Sequence record: NC_027349.1
Reading direction: 5' to 3' (one strand)
Source: Escherichia phage HY01
Length of the DNA: 64,000 bases
Under the pieces are notes generated by a model. The model ran no database searches. It had not been told where the DNA came from and saw only the letters and a list, made by a program, of their open reading frames with translations. Below are positions 9,500 to 19,039 of the stretch, in pieces; the stretch's first letter is position 1, and each line of letters opens with the position of its first letter. The position numbers and the translations under genes are program-made.

Positions 9500-10819
9500 T
9501 CATACATAAAATACATCATAACGACCACGGGTAACACCAACATAAAGAAGTTGTTGGGCCAATTCAGCATCTGCATAATGAATACAAGGCGTATAAATGA
9601 AAGCACGGTCTACAGACATACCCTGAGCTTTATGGAATGTTGATGCAGGAAGTGCTTTCACTTTACTGAACTGTGATTTAGCATCCCAAAAATCACTCCA
9701 AGGTGATTTTCCGCCTTTATTCCAGTTCTTATAAGTTTCTGCCGTTTTACCTAAAAATAGGTTAAACTTATATAGCTCTTCATCAGATGAAATTATTTTA
9801 ATCTTTTCACGATAATATTCATCATCGCCGTAAGTTTCTACTGTTAAATCCCAATGACGAATTAGATATTCTCCAGAAACACCACGAGCTTTAACAAACG
9901 TCGATGTATATTCTGCTTCTATAATACGAACTAATTGTCCGTTATTAAAAATAATTTCTGACACAGGCTTTCCATCAATTTTATATGTTTTAATTAATGG
10001 TTCCTGCATTACAATAATTTCACCGACAATAAAATCTTTATCAGTTTCAAAAATCTTTTTACGAATAATGCTATTTAACTTGTCAACAGATTTATTCGTA
10101 AATGCCATTACGCGATTTTCAAACAAATCATCTAAAGATTTGACGATTGAAAAATAATTTACCATAAAATCGCGTAAAGCGGTATCACCAGTAAATCCAC
10201 GTACTCCATGCCCGTCAACAATTTTATCATAAATCCACTTACCGTTACGAACGTCAGTAGCTACATCAATAATAGGAGCATTACTGCGTTTAACTTCAGT
10301 GAGTTCACACTGATAAAAATCTTTGTGTGTAAAGAATGGACTGATATAAGCAGTGTTTTCTCCTGGGTCAACAGGTCTAATTTGCTTATTATCCCCTATT
10401 CCAATTATAGTACACCAAGGTGGAATAGTTGAAAGCAGAATTTTAAATAGCTTTCTATCATACATTGACACTTCATCGCAGATTAATACCCTGCATTTAG
10501 CTAAATCTGGTACTTCCTTCTGTTCAAAAAGAACATTTTCTTCATATGTTACCGGGTTAATTTTAAGAATGCTGTGAATAGTACTCGCTTCTTTCCCCGA
10601 CAGTTTTGAAAGAATCTTTTTAGCTGCATGTGTAGGAGCTGCTAAAATAATACCAGTTTCACCCGTAGATATTAAAGCTTCAATGATGAACTTAGTAAGA
10701 GTAGTCTTACCAGTACCAGCAGGTCCATTAATAGTTACATGATGTTTCTTTTCTTTAATAGCCCTCATAACGATGTTAAAGGCATTTTTCTGGCCTTCTG
10801 TCAAATCATCAAATGTCAT
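9500..10819 (-). CDS. dda: Dda DNA helicase (SF1B)
   Basis: 439 aa with Walker A GPAGTGKTT and Walker B; size matches T4 Dda. Confidence 0.93.
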   Translation of the reverse strand: MTFDDLTEGQKNAFNIVMRAIKEKKHHVTINGPAGTGKTTLTKFIIEALISTGETGIILAAPTHAAKKILSKLSGKEASTIHSILKINPVTYEENVLFEQKEVPDLAKCRVLICDEVSMYDRKLFKILLSTIPPWCTIIGIGDNKQIRPVDPGENTAYISPFFTHKDFYQCELTEVKRSNAPIIDVATDVRNGKWIYDKIVDGHGVRGFTGDTALRDFMVNYFSIVKSLDDLFENRVMAFTNKSVDKLNSIIRKKIFETDKDFIVGEIIVMQEPLIKTYKIDGKPVSEIIFNNGQLVRIIEAEYTSTFVKARGVSGEYLIRHWDLTVETYGDDEYYREKIKIISSDEELYKFNLFLGKTAETYKNWNKGGKSPWSDFWDAKSQFSKVKALPASTFHKAQGMSVDRAFIYTPCIHYADAELAQQLLYVGVTRGRYDVFYV

Positions 10820-11127
10820 CGTAAATTCCCTGCAATTGGTATACTAACAATACGCCCAGTATCTAAAATTCGCCGATATAATCTTTGTGTGTCTACATCA
10901 GGCTTAACATGTTTAACTTCTATTTTATTAAACCAAAACTTGCGTGGAGTCTCAACTAATCTAGGAATTCCCATACCTAAAGCTAGTCGATACTGCTCTT
11001 TAAGAGTAGTAAATACTTTATCAGCAATCTCCCTTTCAAAAAATACAGCAGGGCGATGTTCATCAAGAGGAACAGGCACCGCAAATCCATCTTTATCTCT
11101 ATACACTATCGCATATACATAAAACAT
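10816..11127 (-). CDS. dda.1: hypothetical protein
   Basis: 103-aa ORF. Confidence 0.45.
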   Translation of the reverse strand: MFYVYAIVYRDKDGFAVPVPLDEHRPAVFFEREIADKVFTTLKEQYRLALGMGIPRLVETPRKFWFNKIEVKHVKPDVDTQRLYRRILDTGRIVSIPIAGNLR

Positions 11128-11128
11128 A

Positions 11129-11875
11129 TTATCCTCGGATAAGTTTAAAAATTGAACAATTTAGCGGGTATCCTCTTTTCAGTTTAAGTTTATCAATAAA
11201 AGACAAGTTTTGATACCGCTCTACACCTTGAATAATTTTATCACACATATCATATTGCATTTCTGCTTCTGACAACTTTTTCACAGTTTTCCAATCCGAG
11301 CCTTTAAGAAGAACGTTCAATTTAACAACTTCAGCGCCTTCTGCTATACGAGAACCATCAATACGAGCTTTAAGCGCTATAATCGTTAGCTTAATGTCAG
11401 ATGTTTGTTTTGATTTAGAAAGCTGAGAAATGTGCTCAATTCGGTTTTCACGTTTTTTCTGTATAGCTTTAATTTGATTATAAGTCTTTTTGATTTTAGC
11501 CCATTTCTTTTCATCTAAATTTAGTTTATGAACTTTTTTCGCAGATGAACGACCAATTCGCAAAGCAAATAAATCACGCTTTTCAATCAACTCTTCTAAA
11601 GTATAATCAGAACGAAATGTATTATACTTTTTCTTTACTGCAATAACATTCCCTTTAATGTATCCAACGTTATTATCAAAACGTTCTAACGATAATTTCT
11701 CTCCTTCAATACGATTATCAAAAGGTTCTCCTGAGTAAGCGCAAACTTTCTGATCTAAAATGTTCTTAATGTAATTGAAGTCTAAGTTAAAATCTTTAGA
11801 ACGTCTTTTAGCTGATGCCTGAGTGTGCTCTAAACGACGTGTAATTTTACGAATTTGATTTTTAGACAGTTTCAT
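11129..11875 (-). CDS. srd: Srd-like protein, assigned by position
   Basis: 248-aa basic protein between dda.1 and modA. Confidence 0.45.
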   Translation of the reverse strand: MKLSKNQIRKITRRLEHTQASAKRRSKDFNLDFNYIKNILDQKVCAYSGEPFDNRIEGEKLSLERFDNNVGYIKGNVIAVKKKYNTFRSDYTLEELIEKRDLFALRIGRSSAKKVHKLNLDEKKWAKIKKTYNQIKAIQKKRENRIEHISQLSKSKQTSDIKLTIIALKARIDGSRIAEGAEVVKLNVLLKGSDWKTVKKLSEAEMQYDMCDKIIQGVERYQNLSFIDKLKLKRGYPLNCSIFKLIRG

Positions 11876-11997
11876 ATTTTTCTCACGGACGGTTAACTAC
11901 TTATATTATATACTATATCATTTTTACTTCAGCTTGTAAACAACTTTATGAAAAATGCTTTAAAACTTTCATGGTATAATGAATCTAAGTCCTTCCA

Positions 11998-12600
11998 TTA
12001 TAGATTAAATCCTTCAAAATCAAGAGTATAGATAGTGTATGTTGAATACTTTTTATATTCATATCTATCCGCAATTCTAAATACACTTCCAGCTGGTATC
12101 ATTACTTCTTGTTCATCTGAAACTAATTCCATATTACGATAGCGATGGCTATCTGGAAATTTAAAACTCGGACTATATTCTTTACAACGTAGAGCTTTTA
12201 TAGCATACTCCTGAAAATTAAATACCATAGGAGCTTTGAATTCAAAAATAACTTGCGTGTTGTATTCTAATCCAGAAGCAAAATGCAGTGCTATATTTTT
12301 ATCATATGAAGCTGATACTACTTTATCAAATGTAATAATATCAATTCCTTGATTTAATACCTGCTTAGTCTCAACTGGAACACCTCTCCAAAGAGGTTTA
12401 TCGTTTGGAACCAAACGAGATTTGATTATTTCATTTAACCAAGAGTGGTCGTCTGGCTTATTAGTAATACAATGAATTAAAAGTTCAATTTCGGATAAAT
12501 TAAATCCTTCGGAAAGTAATTCTTCACGAATAGAAGCACGCACCGATGCATCCATTGATTTGATTTTAAAATCTTTTAATTGCATTGCTGAATATTTCAT
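11998..12600 (-). CDS. modA: ADP-ribosyltransferase ModA
   Basis: 200 aa with R-S-E ART motifs (LWRG ... QEVMIPAGS). Confidence 0.8.
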   Translation of the reverse strand: MKYSAMQLKDFKIKSMDASVRASIREELLSEGFNLSEIELLIHCITNKPDDHSWLNEIIKSRLVPNDKPLWRGVPVETKQVLNQGIDIITFDKVVSASYDKNIALHFASGLEYNTQVIFEFKAPMVFNFQEYAIKALRCKEYSPSFKFPDSHRYRNMELVSDEQEVMIPAGSVFRIADRYEYKKYSTYTIYTLDFEGFNL

Positions 12601-12604
12601 TCAA

Positions 12605-13231
12605 CTACCTCAATATCATACACTTTAAATGTTCCAAATGAATCGTGTAATTTTTCTTTTGAAATGAAGTTATTTTATACTTTCCAATTGGAATCATCCA
12701 TTCTTGTTCACGCACAATCATCATTAAGTTATCAGTACGTTCTGAATCTAATCCATCAGTATCTTCATATGTATACTTAAACTCAGTATTAGGAGAAGAA
12801 AGTATAATATCGCTGATATGGTCAGAGTAATTAAAAGCTTTATCAGTTTTTAAGCGAAGTACTATTTCAGTGAAATATTCAGCATAAGAAAAAGAACACG
12901 CTGTATGCAAACTAGTAGTAAATGAATCTACTCTGTTCGTTGAAAACACTTCTCCAACTTGTAAATCTTTAATGAGTTCTTTTGTCGATTTTGATATACC
13001 ACGATATAGCTGATAAGGCGATTTAGTTAAATGCTTTTTAACGATTTTATTCAACTGCTGATGAAGAGCTTCATTCTTTTTGGCTTCCATACATTGCCAA
13101 AGAATTGACTGTTCAAAGTCCGTAAATTTTTCACAGACCTTTTTATACATATCATATTGAAAATCGACACTTTCAGCTTTTATAGATAACTGTTCAACAT
13201 CTGCGAGATTAATAATCATGATAGCCTCCAT
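12605..13231 (-). CDS. modB: ADP-ribosyltransferase ModB
   Basis: 208 aa with ART motifs (LYRGIS ... EQEWMIPIG); paralogue of modA. Confidence 0.8.
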   Translation of the reverse strand: MEAIMIINLADVEQLSIKAESVDFQYDMYKKVCEKFTDFEQSILWQCMEAKKNEALHQQLNKIVKKHLTKSPYQLYRGISKSTKELIKDLQVGEVFSTNRVDSFTTSLHTACSFSYAEYFTEIVLRLKTDKAFNYSDHISDIILSSPNTEFKYTYEDTDGLDSERTDNLMMIVREQEWMIPIGKYKITSFQKKNYTIHLEHLKCMILR

Positions 13232-13286
13232 ATACTTCAGAAGCTATCATATCATTGTTAGGAAGGAAAGTAAACAACTTTTTGAA

Positions 13287-13469
13287 TTATTTTGCCCAAG
13301 GAGCCCAGGGCGGAGGGTCAAGATGGTATGAAGCTAGTTCTTCTAGAAGAGCATCTGGGGCTTCAATTCCATAATTCTGTAATACTATACGGTACTCTTT
13401 CTTATAATCACTAGAATCATTCTGGATATTCGTAGAATGATTATCTTCTAACATCTCAAATAAATCCAT
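13287..13469 (-). CDS. hypothetical small protein
   Basis: 60-aa ORF. Confidence 0.4.
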   Translation of the reverse strand: MDLFEMLEDNHSTNIQNDSSDYKKEYRIVLQNYGIEAPDALLEELASYHLDPPPWAPWAK

Positions 13470-13477
13470 ATTAATTC

Positions 13478-13948
13478 CTAGCGATAAAAACCAAAATAAC
13501 GATTAGTTTCAATAATCTTTCTTTCTTCTTCGGACATTCTCCAGCGTAGTCCAACATCAAAATGAGCCCAGACCATCTTAACAAATGCATTTATATCTTT
13601 AATATCTTCAATAATGAATGTTTTACTTTTAGAAGGTTGACTCGCTAATTTAACTTTATCATCTTCAAACAGGTCAAAAAGACCATATTCATGAGCTCTT
13701 TTATAGCCTTTAATAGTTAAAGCTTCAGAAGAAGAAAACGGTGAATCAGTATTATGCAAAATATCTTCAGTATGCTTTATAATTAGAATAACATTTTCTG
13801 GATATTTTCTTTCTTTTATATCTTTAATTAAAATATCCGGATTTTCTGCTAAAGGAATAATTAATGAGCACTCTTTATCAAGTGTATTTACCGATTTACC
13901 TTCTTTAGACATAAATTCTATTGAATAATGTTTTGCTACTTCAATCAT
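13478..13948 (-). CDS. hypothetical protein
   Basis: 156-aa ORF. Confidence 0.4.
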   Translation of the reverse strand: MIEVAKHYSIEFMSKEGKSVNTLDKECSLIIPLAENPDILIKDIKERKYPENVILIIKHTEDILHNTDSPFSSSEALTIKGYKRAHEYGLFDLFEDDKVKLASQPSKSKTFIIEDIKDINAFVKMVWAHFDVGLRWRMSEEERKIIETNRYFGFYR

Positions 13949-14101
13949 GTGATTTCCTCTTGCCTACTAATGGGCCGTCAGGAATTTTGTTTTCCTGGAT
14001 ATATTTCTCATTTTCTTCCATCATTTTACTGCCAATTTTAAGAAGCAAATCCAATGCTTCATTTGCTTTAGCCTTGGCCTCTTCTAACGTCATATCTCTG
14101 T

Positions 14102-14305
14102 TCACGATTTATCCCCATAGATGTCTCTCATCAATTTAAGCGCTGAGCGTTCTAATTTCTTTTCTTTCTCGGCACTAATCATTGATTTCATCCATTCTTC
14201 TGATTCGTTCTGCATTTCTTTATTTGCCTGTTCAACCCAACCATCGTCAATATACATTGAGTTTGGTCTATTGAACCATTCAAACATTTTCTTCAGAACT
14301 TTCAT
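14102..14305 (-). CDS. hypothetical small protein
   Basis: 67-aa ORF. Confidence 0.35.
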   Translation of the reverse strand: MKVLKKMFEWFNRPNSMYIDDGWVEQANKEMQNESEEWMKSMISAEKEKKLERSALKLMRDIYGDKS

Positions 14306-14777
14306 TTGTTTTACCTAAAACAACAGTAGGAGCATCGTCAAATTTATGAATTTTGAGTAAATTTGGATTTAAATTATTCCATAAAGAGGTAATAAAATAT
14401 GATAGTGCATTTTCTTCTGTAATTATAAATTTATTTCCCTTATCTATTTTCCAGTCATATATTGAATCATATGAATATAATGGCAATGGTTTATTGTTAT
14501 AATATGATTCAGCAACATCAATATAGTTAGATTTAGTAAATGCTTGAATTGACATAAATGGAGAATTTCGTACAGTTTCAATAATTCCGATCTTTTTAAG
14601 TTTTATTTCAACATCTTCTGGAACTGGCATTGAAATAAAATCTTCTACTAGATACATGTTATTATCATATCTTTTATCAATCATTACTGCTACTGTAATT
14701 GGAATATCTTTAGCAAACGCCATGCTATCACTGCTAATATACATTTCAAACAAAATCGCTTCCATAATTTTCCTCAA
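14280..14777 (-). CDS. hypothetical protein
   Basis: 165-aa ORF. Confidence 0.4.
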   Translation of the reverse strand: MRKIMEAILFEMYISSDSMAFAKDIPITVAVMIDKRYDNNMYLVEDFISMPVPEDVEIKLKKIGIIETVRNSPFMSIQAFTKSNYIDVAESYYNNKPLPLYSYDSIYDWKIDKGNKFIITEENALSYFITSLWNNLNPNLLKIHKFDDAPTVVLGKTNESSEENV

Positions 14778-15115
14778 TCACAAGATGTAGATGAACAACT
14801 AGAATCGCAAGAACTTCCACACGAATCTCCCGTCCATACATGAACAGGAACATTAGTATCATATGAATCAGAACTAGACTGTGTATTCTGCGTATTAGAT
14901 GATGTAGTAGGTGTTGACCAGCGCCAAGGATTTTTATAATATTCTTGGGCTTCTTCATAAGTCATAGTAACTGCTTCTACTGTTCCATCTCCCATATAAA
15001 CATATTCAACTACAGTTAAAGGAAGGTAGTCGTTTGAAATAGGAACTACACCTTCTCCAGGAGCTGTAGAGAAAAAATCCGTAAAGAAATTTTTAAACCA
15101 GTTAAAGATAAACAT
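14774..15115 (-). CDS. hypothetical protein with Cys/Ser-rich C-terminal tail
   Basis: 113 aa ending [18 protein letters not shown]. Confidence 0.4.
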   Translation of the reverse strand: MFIFNWFKNFFTDFFSTAPGEGVVPISNDYLPLTVVEYVYMGDGTVEAVTMTYEEAQEYYKNPWRWSTPTTSSNTQNTQSSSDSYDTNVPVHVWTGDSCGSSCDSSCSSTSCD

Positions 15116-15321
15116 TACAAAAAGCCTCTCTTGAATTCGACTTGCTTCTCGCCATAATCATATCGAATCTCTGCATTAAATTCGACAGAACCATCTGCGT
15201 ACATCATAAATGAATGCACAACAACTTCTGTAGACCATGGCTGCAGTTCATATTTCTTCATTACATGCCGTGAAATGATAATATCTAAATCTTCATTTGG
15301 TTTAATCCAACGATTTAACAT
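15115..15321 (-). CDS. hypothetical small protein
   Basis: 68-aa ORF just downstream of a promoter/terminator module. Confidence 0.4.
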   Translation of the reverse strand: MLNRWIKPNEDLDIIISRHVMKKYELQPWSTEVVVHSFMMYADGSVEFNAEIRYDYGEKQVEFKRGFL

Positions 15322-15392
15322 AGTGCTCTCCTCTATAAGATAATTCTATTATACCATACTCATTTTGGAAAGTAAACCGGTAAAATGAAAAA

Positions 15393-15410
15393 GGACTCCC
15401 GAGGGAGTCC
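15393..15410 (-). terminator. intrinsic terminator hairpin after soc
   Basis: 7-bp GC stem GGACUCC/GGAGUCC with U5 tract on the minus strand. Confidence 0.65.
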
Positions 15411-15418
15411 TTGAATTA

Positions 15419-15655
15419 TTAACCACCTATTTGTGTAGGCGTAAACATTGCAGCATTCTTAGTTTTCCAATCAGCTGCATCAGAAACTACAGTAGAATAT
15501 GCTGCCTTTTCTGACGGAAAGATCTGATAATGAGAATCTGCGATACGGTGCTCGTTAGAATAAATTTCAAACGGAACAGAAACTTCCATACCTTTAACTT
15601 CTTTGCCTTCACCCGCTGGATGAGTAAAGGTCTTGATGTTAACGAAACCACCCAT
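15419..15655 (-). CDS. soc: small outer capsid protein Soc
   Basis: 78 aa with Soc family motifs (YVNIKTF ... YQxFPSEKAAYSTV); late promoter TATAAATA about 30 nt upstream; diverged from T4 Soc. Confidence 0.85.
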   Translation of the reverse strand: MGGFVNIKTFTHPAGEGKEVKGMEVSVPFEIYSNEHRIADSHYQIFPSEKAAYSTVVSDAADWKTKNAAMFTPTQIGG

Positions 15656-15683
15656 AATAAACTCCTTTATTGTTTAATTACAA

Positions 15684-15695
15684 GTGTATTTATAT
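15684..15695 (-). promoter_or_regulatory. late promoter (TATAAATA) for soc
   Basis: TATAAATA on the minus strand about 30 nt upstream of the soc start; coordinates approximate. Confidence 0.55.
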
Positions 15696-15868
15696 CAGTC
15701 TTCAATGAAAACTTGTGCCAGGAATTCGTGTTCATCTTGAATTTGTTTATATAAAGCCATTACAGCATTTATATTAGAGCTATCTACTTTAAGCTGATAA
15801 GCATACCACTCGTATAAATTAATTAAAGCTTTTTGTCGTCTAATAAATTCTTCTTTGGATATTTTCAT
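15695..15868 (-). CDS. hypothetical small protein
   Basis: 57-aa ORF translated by hand; ATGA overlap with the next ORF; coordinates approximate. Confidence 0.3.
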   Translation of the reverse strand: MKISKEEFIRRQKALINLYEWYAYQLKVDSSNINAVMALYKQIQDEHEFLAQVFIED

Positions 15869-16074
15869 TTTGAATGCTCTATAATTAATTTTAAGGCTTC
15901 TTCACTGACAAAAATTTCATCAGGACCTTCTTCTACAACCCAATCAACCCAATCAACCACACGAAGCTGATTAGATAAGAGCTCACATACGAGCTCCTTG
16001 TCATAATTTTTAAATAGCTGGTCAATACGTTTCTTGCGGGCTTTCTTAAGCTGACGTTTATTTAAACGAGCCAT
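15865..16074 (-). CDS. hypothetical small protein
   Basis: 69-aa basic ORF. Confidence 0.4.
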   Translation of the reverse strand: MARLNKRQLKKARKKRIDQLFKNYDKELVCELLSNQLRVVDWVDWVVEEGPDEIFVSEEALKLIIEHSK

Positions 16075-16592
16075 TAATAACCTCGGTCTTGACGAGCGAA
16101 GTTTTCAGCATTTTTCAGATAATAAAGTTTAAAGATTTCTTCAGCAGTAAGGCCGAGACCTTGGAACATGTTCAGAACGAAATGAAGAATATCAATCATT
16201 TCGAATTTAATTTCCAACTGGTCTTGAGGAGACAAATCAGTAATTAGAGTTTCACGGCGTTCACCATGCTGCGACTTCCAAGGCTTCCATACAGCAGATG
16301 CATCTTTTTCACCATTGCTCATACCACCAAGAGAAGTCAGAAGTTCGCGGAATTCATCATCAATGTAATCTTTCTGATTACGCAGCCAATCAACAACTTC
16401 GCCTGCAGTAGCCAAATCATCAGGATGACGGTTATATTCAGGTTTATCTTTAGCTAAACGAACCTGCAAAGATTTCTGCATATCAAGCATAACTTGCAGT
16501 GGGTCTTTTTCGTCACCGAGAATATCCCAGTATTCATTTTGAGCTTTATCAGCGCCTTCGATCAGTTGCGAGCATTCATTAAAGTAAGCCAT
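16074..16592 (-). CDS. 56: dCTPase/dUTPase (MazG-like NTP pyrophosphatase)
   Basis: MAYFNECSQLIEGADKAQNEYWDILGDEKDPLQVMLDMQ... matches T4 gp56; true start is the internal Met (ORF track extends upstream to 16685). Confidence 0.88.
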   Translation of the reverse strand: MAYFNECSQLIEGADKAQNEYWDILGDEKDPLQVMLDMQKSLQVRLAKDKPEYNRHPDDLATAGEVVDWLRNQKDYIDDEFRELLTSLGGMSNGEKDASAVWKPWKSQHGERRETLITDLSPQDQLEIKFEMIDILHFVLNMFQGLGLTAEEIFKLYYLKNAENFARQDRGY

Positions 16593-16626
16593 TATTTTTC
16601 CTTTCAATTCATGGGTTAGTAGATTA

Positions 16627-16652
16627 ATTATACAATAAATATATAAAGCAAT
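16627..16652 (-). promoter_or_regulatory. MotA-dependent middle promoter for gene 56
   Basis: minus-strand MotA box ATTGCTTTA followed 11 nt later by TATAAT. Confidence 0.55.
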
Positions 16653-16663
16653 AAGGAGGACAT

Positions 16664-16864
16664 ATGGTACAAAAATTAATGGCACTTGTTAATGCCATAA
16701 AAGGTAATAAAAAACGTATAGCTTTTACTATTTCTGCTATGATAGGAATTTTACTCTGGAATTTTGTTTTATCACCAATTGCTATTGCTCATGGTGTTAA
16801 TATTCCAGTAATTACTCTTGATACATTCGTAGATTTAGCATTTGCTTTAGTTGGGTTAATTTAA
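16664..16864 (+). CDS. putative small membrane protein (two hydrophobic segments); only plus-strand candidate
   Basis: 66-aa ORF filling the 56-61 intergenic region, preceded by AAGGAGGA 5 nt before ATG; overlaps a minus-strand middle promoter, so it may be fortuitous. Confidence 0.3.
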   Translation: MVQKLMALVNAIKGNKKRIAFTISAMIGILLWNFVLSPIAIAHGVNIPVITLDTFVDLAFALVGLI

Positions 16865-17889
16865 ATCTTAGCATATTTAGATAGCCGCATTTTAGCCATC
16901 AACCCTTGGGCAATATTATTTTTCATATATTCCATAATTTGTTCAGGGGTTGCACCTTCCTTTCTAATCATATCATTAACATCTTTTGATTTCCAGGGAG
17001 ATTTATCCCAAAACATAACTCTTTCTCCTGCATCAACTAATTTAGTCATTCGTTTAATAGTGTCAGGGTGACGAGGTTCATTATCTAAAACCCATACACG
17101 TCTATCTTTAAATGGAACAATTTCTAAGTCTAATTGACCACCCGTAATAGCTATACCATTTTCAATAAAAAGAGAATCTATAGGTCCTTCTAGAACATAT
17201 ACATCACCATCTTTAACCCGTTCGACTCCATAGATTTTTGTTGCCTCAGGATAAGCTTTGATGGTGATATATTTTTGAGGAGCATCTTTCTTTAATGCAC
17301 GTCCTTGAAAAGACTCAGCTTTTCCATTAGCATTATAAATTGGAATAACAAGACGAGGCTCAGGTATTTCCTTTTTGTATGTTCCTGGTGCTATGCTATT
17401 AACTAATTTAGGCCATTCGGTTGTAAACCAAAGATATTTCCATTTATCCTTTGGAATACAGCGAGCTTTTACATATTTTATAATTGGATGGTCTTCCGCC
17501 AGTTTATCTAATCTAATGCATGACGGAAGAGATTTAATTATTTTCTTCTCAGGTTGTTTAGGAAGTTCTTTAGGTTTTTCTACTGGACGACTTTTACCTT
17601 TTTCTTTTCTTATTTCAAAGATATACTCACGATATAAATCAGGTTCAAACTCCTTTAAATATATTCCTATTGGTGCATGATAGTTACAGTTATAACAGTG
17701 AATATTTCCTTCATTATTATCACCATAATACCATCCACGGGCTTTATTTTGGTCGGTTTTTGAATCTCCACAAACCGGGCATCTAAACCGTAATTTAAAA
17801 GTTGAACTATTATTTACTTGTGTGAATTTAGGTAAATGAGCTAGCGCACGATATGCAAACTCATTATCAATCCAAGGTATTGATGACAT
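16861..17889 (-). CDS. 61: DNA primase
   Basis: 342 aa with N-terminal zinc ribbon CPVCGDS...CYNCNYH and a Toprim domain. Confidence 0.93.
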   Translation of the reverse strand: MSSIPWIDNEFAYRALAHLPKFTQVNNSSTFKLRFRCPVCGDSKTDQNKARGWYYGDNNEGNIHCYNCNYHAPIGIYLKEFEPDLYREYIFEIRKEKGKSRPVEKPKELPKQPEKKIIKSLPSCIRLDKLAEDHPIIKYVKARCIPKDKWKYLWFTTEWPKLVNSIAPGTYKKEIPEPRLVIPIYNANGKAESFQGRALKKDAPQKYITIKAYPEATKIYGVERVKDGDVYVLEGPIDSLFIENGIAITGGQLDLEIVPFKDRRVWVLDNEPRHPDTIKRMTKLVDAGERVMFWDKSPWKSKDVNDMIRKEGATPEQIMEYMKNNIAQGLMAKMRLSKYAKI

Positions 17890-17891
17890 TT

Positions 17892-18056
17892 TTACTCTTC
17901 TTTTTCTTTAGATTCCTCTTTTTTCTTTTTAGGAATCTGCTCAGGACCTTTATTTACTACAGCGCCTGACGTTGTTCCAGTGGAGATATTTTCAGGATTA
18001 CCACCTGAATCTCCAGCGACCATATCTTCTTTGATAAATTCTTTATATGTTTTCAT
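17892..18056 (-). CDS. 61.1: hypothetical small acidic/lysine-rich protein
   Basis: 54-aa ORF translated by hand directly upstream of gene 61; coordinates approximate. Confidence 0.3.
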   Translation of the reverse strand: MKTYKEFIKEDMVAGDSGGNPENISTGTTSGAVVNKGPEQIPKKKKEESKEKEE

Positions 18057-18057
18057 A

Positions 18058-18414
18058 TTAACCTCTATTCATAAAAGCATTAAAAATTTGGTCATCAATA
18101 GATGGAATAACAACCTTTTCGGCATCATTTAACAAATCATTAATTTCATCAGATAGCATAACACGTGTACCTTTATTTCCTGTAATTGTTACTGCACAAT
18201 TACGAACATTTTCTTTATCGAATTTTAGGTTAATATTTTCGTAGTGAAAATCCTTTAATGCCGAATATATTTTTAAAATGAAATTGTCTTTTACTACAAT
18301 AAACCCAACCTCGCTATTAAAACGTGGTTCATGGAAACTGTAATAAACCTTTTCATCTATAAAATCGTATGAAATTTTTTCCATTTTTAAATATGAAAAT
18401 TCAGAACTATACAT
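18058..18414 (-). CDS. hypothetical protein (61.2 position; AdfA-like by synteny only)
   Basis: 118-aa ORF between 61.1 and spackle. Confidence 0.4.
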   Translation of the reverse strand: MYSSEFSYLKMEKISYDFIDEKVYYSFHEPRFNSEVGFIVVKDNFILKIYSALKDFHYENINLKFDKENVRNCAVTITGNKGTRVMLSDEINDLLNDAEKVVIPSIDDQIFNAFMNRG

Positions 18415-18426
18415 ATTAGCCTCTAA

Positions 18427-18720
18427 TTACTCACCTACCACTTCAGCGATGATATTTTTATTATTAAAGTTTTTATCGCAATACAGAACATAATTATACT
18501 GCATTACACCACCAGACTTAAGTTGTTTTTGCACTTCAGCTTTCATTTCAGGACGATCACGCTCAACGATATTCATAATATCTGCTTCAATCTGAGTTTC
18601 AACCTCAGTCTGATCTGCAGTCATAGACCATTCGCACAAATCTTTATCATAACCTGCCATAGCAGGCTGAGCAGCACAAGAAGCTAAAGCAAAAATTGTA
18701 GCAAAAACAAATTTTTTCAT
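18427..18720 (-). CDS. sp: Spackle periplasmic protein
   Basis: 97 aa with signal peptide MKKFVFATIFALASCAAQPAMA; near-identical to T4 Spackle as recalled. Confidence 0.88.
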   Translation of the reverse strand: MKKFVFATIFALASCAAQPAMAGYDKDLCEWSMTADQTEVETQIEADIMNIVERDRPEMKAEVQKQLKSGGVMQYNYVLYCDKNFNNKNIIAEVVGE

Positions 18721-18780
18721 GATAATCTCCTCAGTAGTTTATGTTTATATAGTATCTCAATTTCCAACAAAAGTAAACAC

Positions 18781-19038
18781 TTATTTTAAAACTTCTGCAT
18801 AATCACATGTTACAAACTGTTTCTCTAACTTGACGATTTTACGAAAGTATCTTTTGCATTGGCGAATCTGTCGCTTCGTAGGGCGCGCAGCAAACTTAAT
18901 AAATTCCACTCGACCAAATGGAGGGCTTTCTTCTGCTGGAATATCTAACACCAATTCCCATGTATCCGCAATAAGTGCTTTGAATTGTGTATTTTTCCTG
19001 ATGTTATACGGAGTAGGTTTAAATAAAACCGTATGCAT
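18781..19038 (-). CDS. hypothetical basic protein (61.4 position; TifA-like by synteny only)
   Basis: 85 aa from the internal ATG (MHTVLFK...); the ORF-track start at 19083 is a TTG. Confidence 0.45.
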   Translation of the reverse strand: MHTVLFKPTPYNIRKNTQFKALIADTWELVLDIPAEESPPFGRVEFIKFAARPTKRQIRQCKRYFRKIVKLEKQFVTCDYAEVLK

Positions 19039-19039
19039 A

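Noticed and set aside
14746-14958. 70-aa minus-strand ORF overlapping the 14774-15115 gene
   Set aside because: Alternative frame with hydrophobic repetitive translation; overlaps almost entirely with a better-supported ORF.
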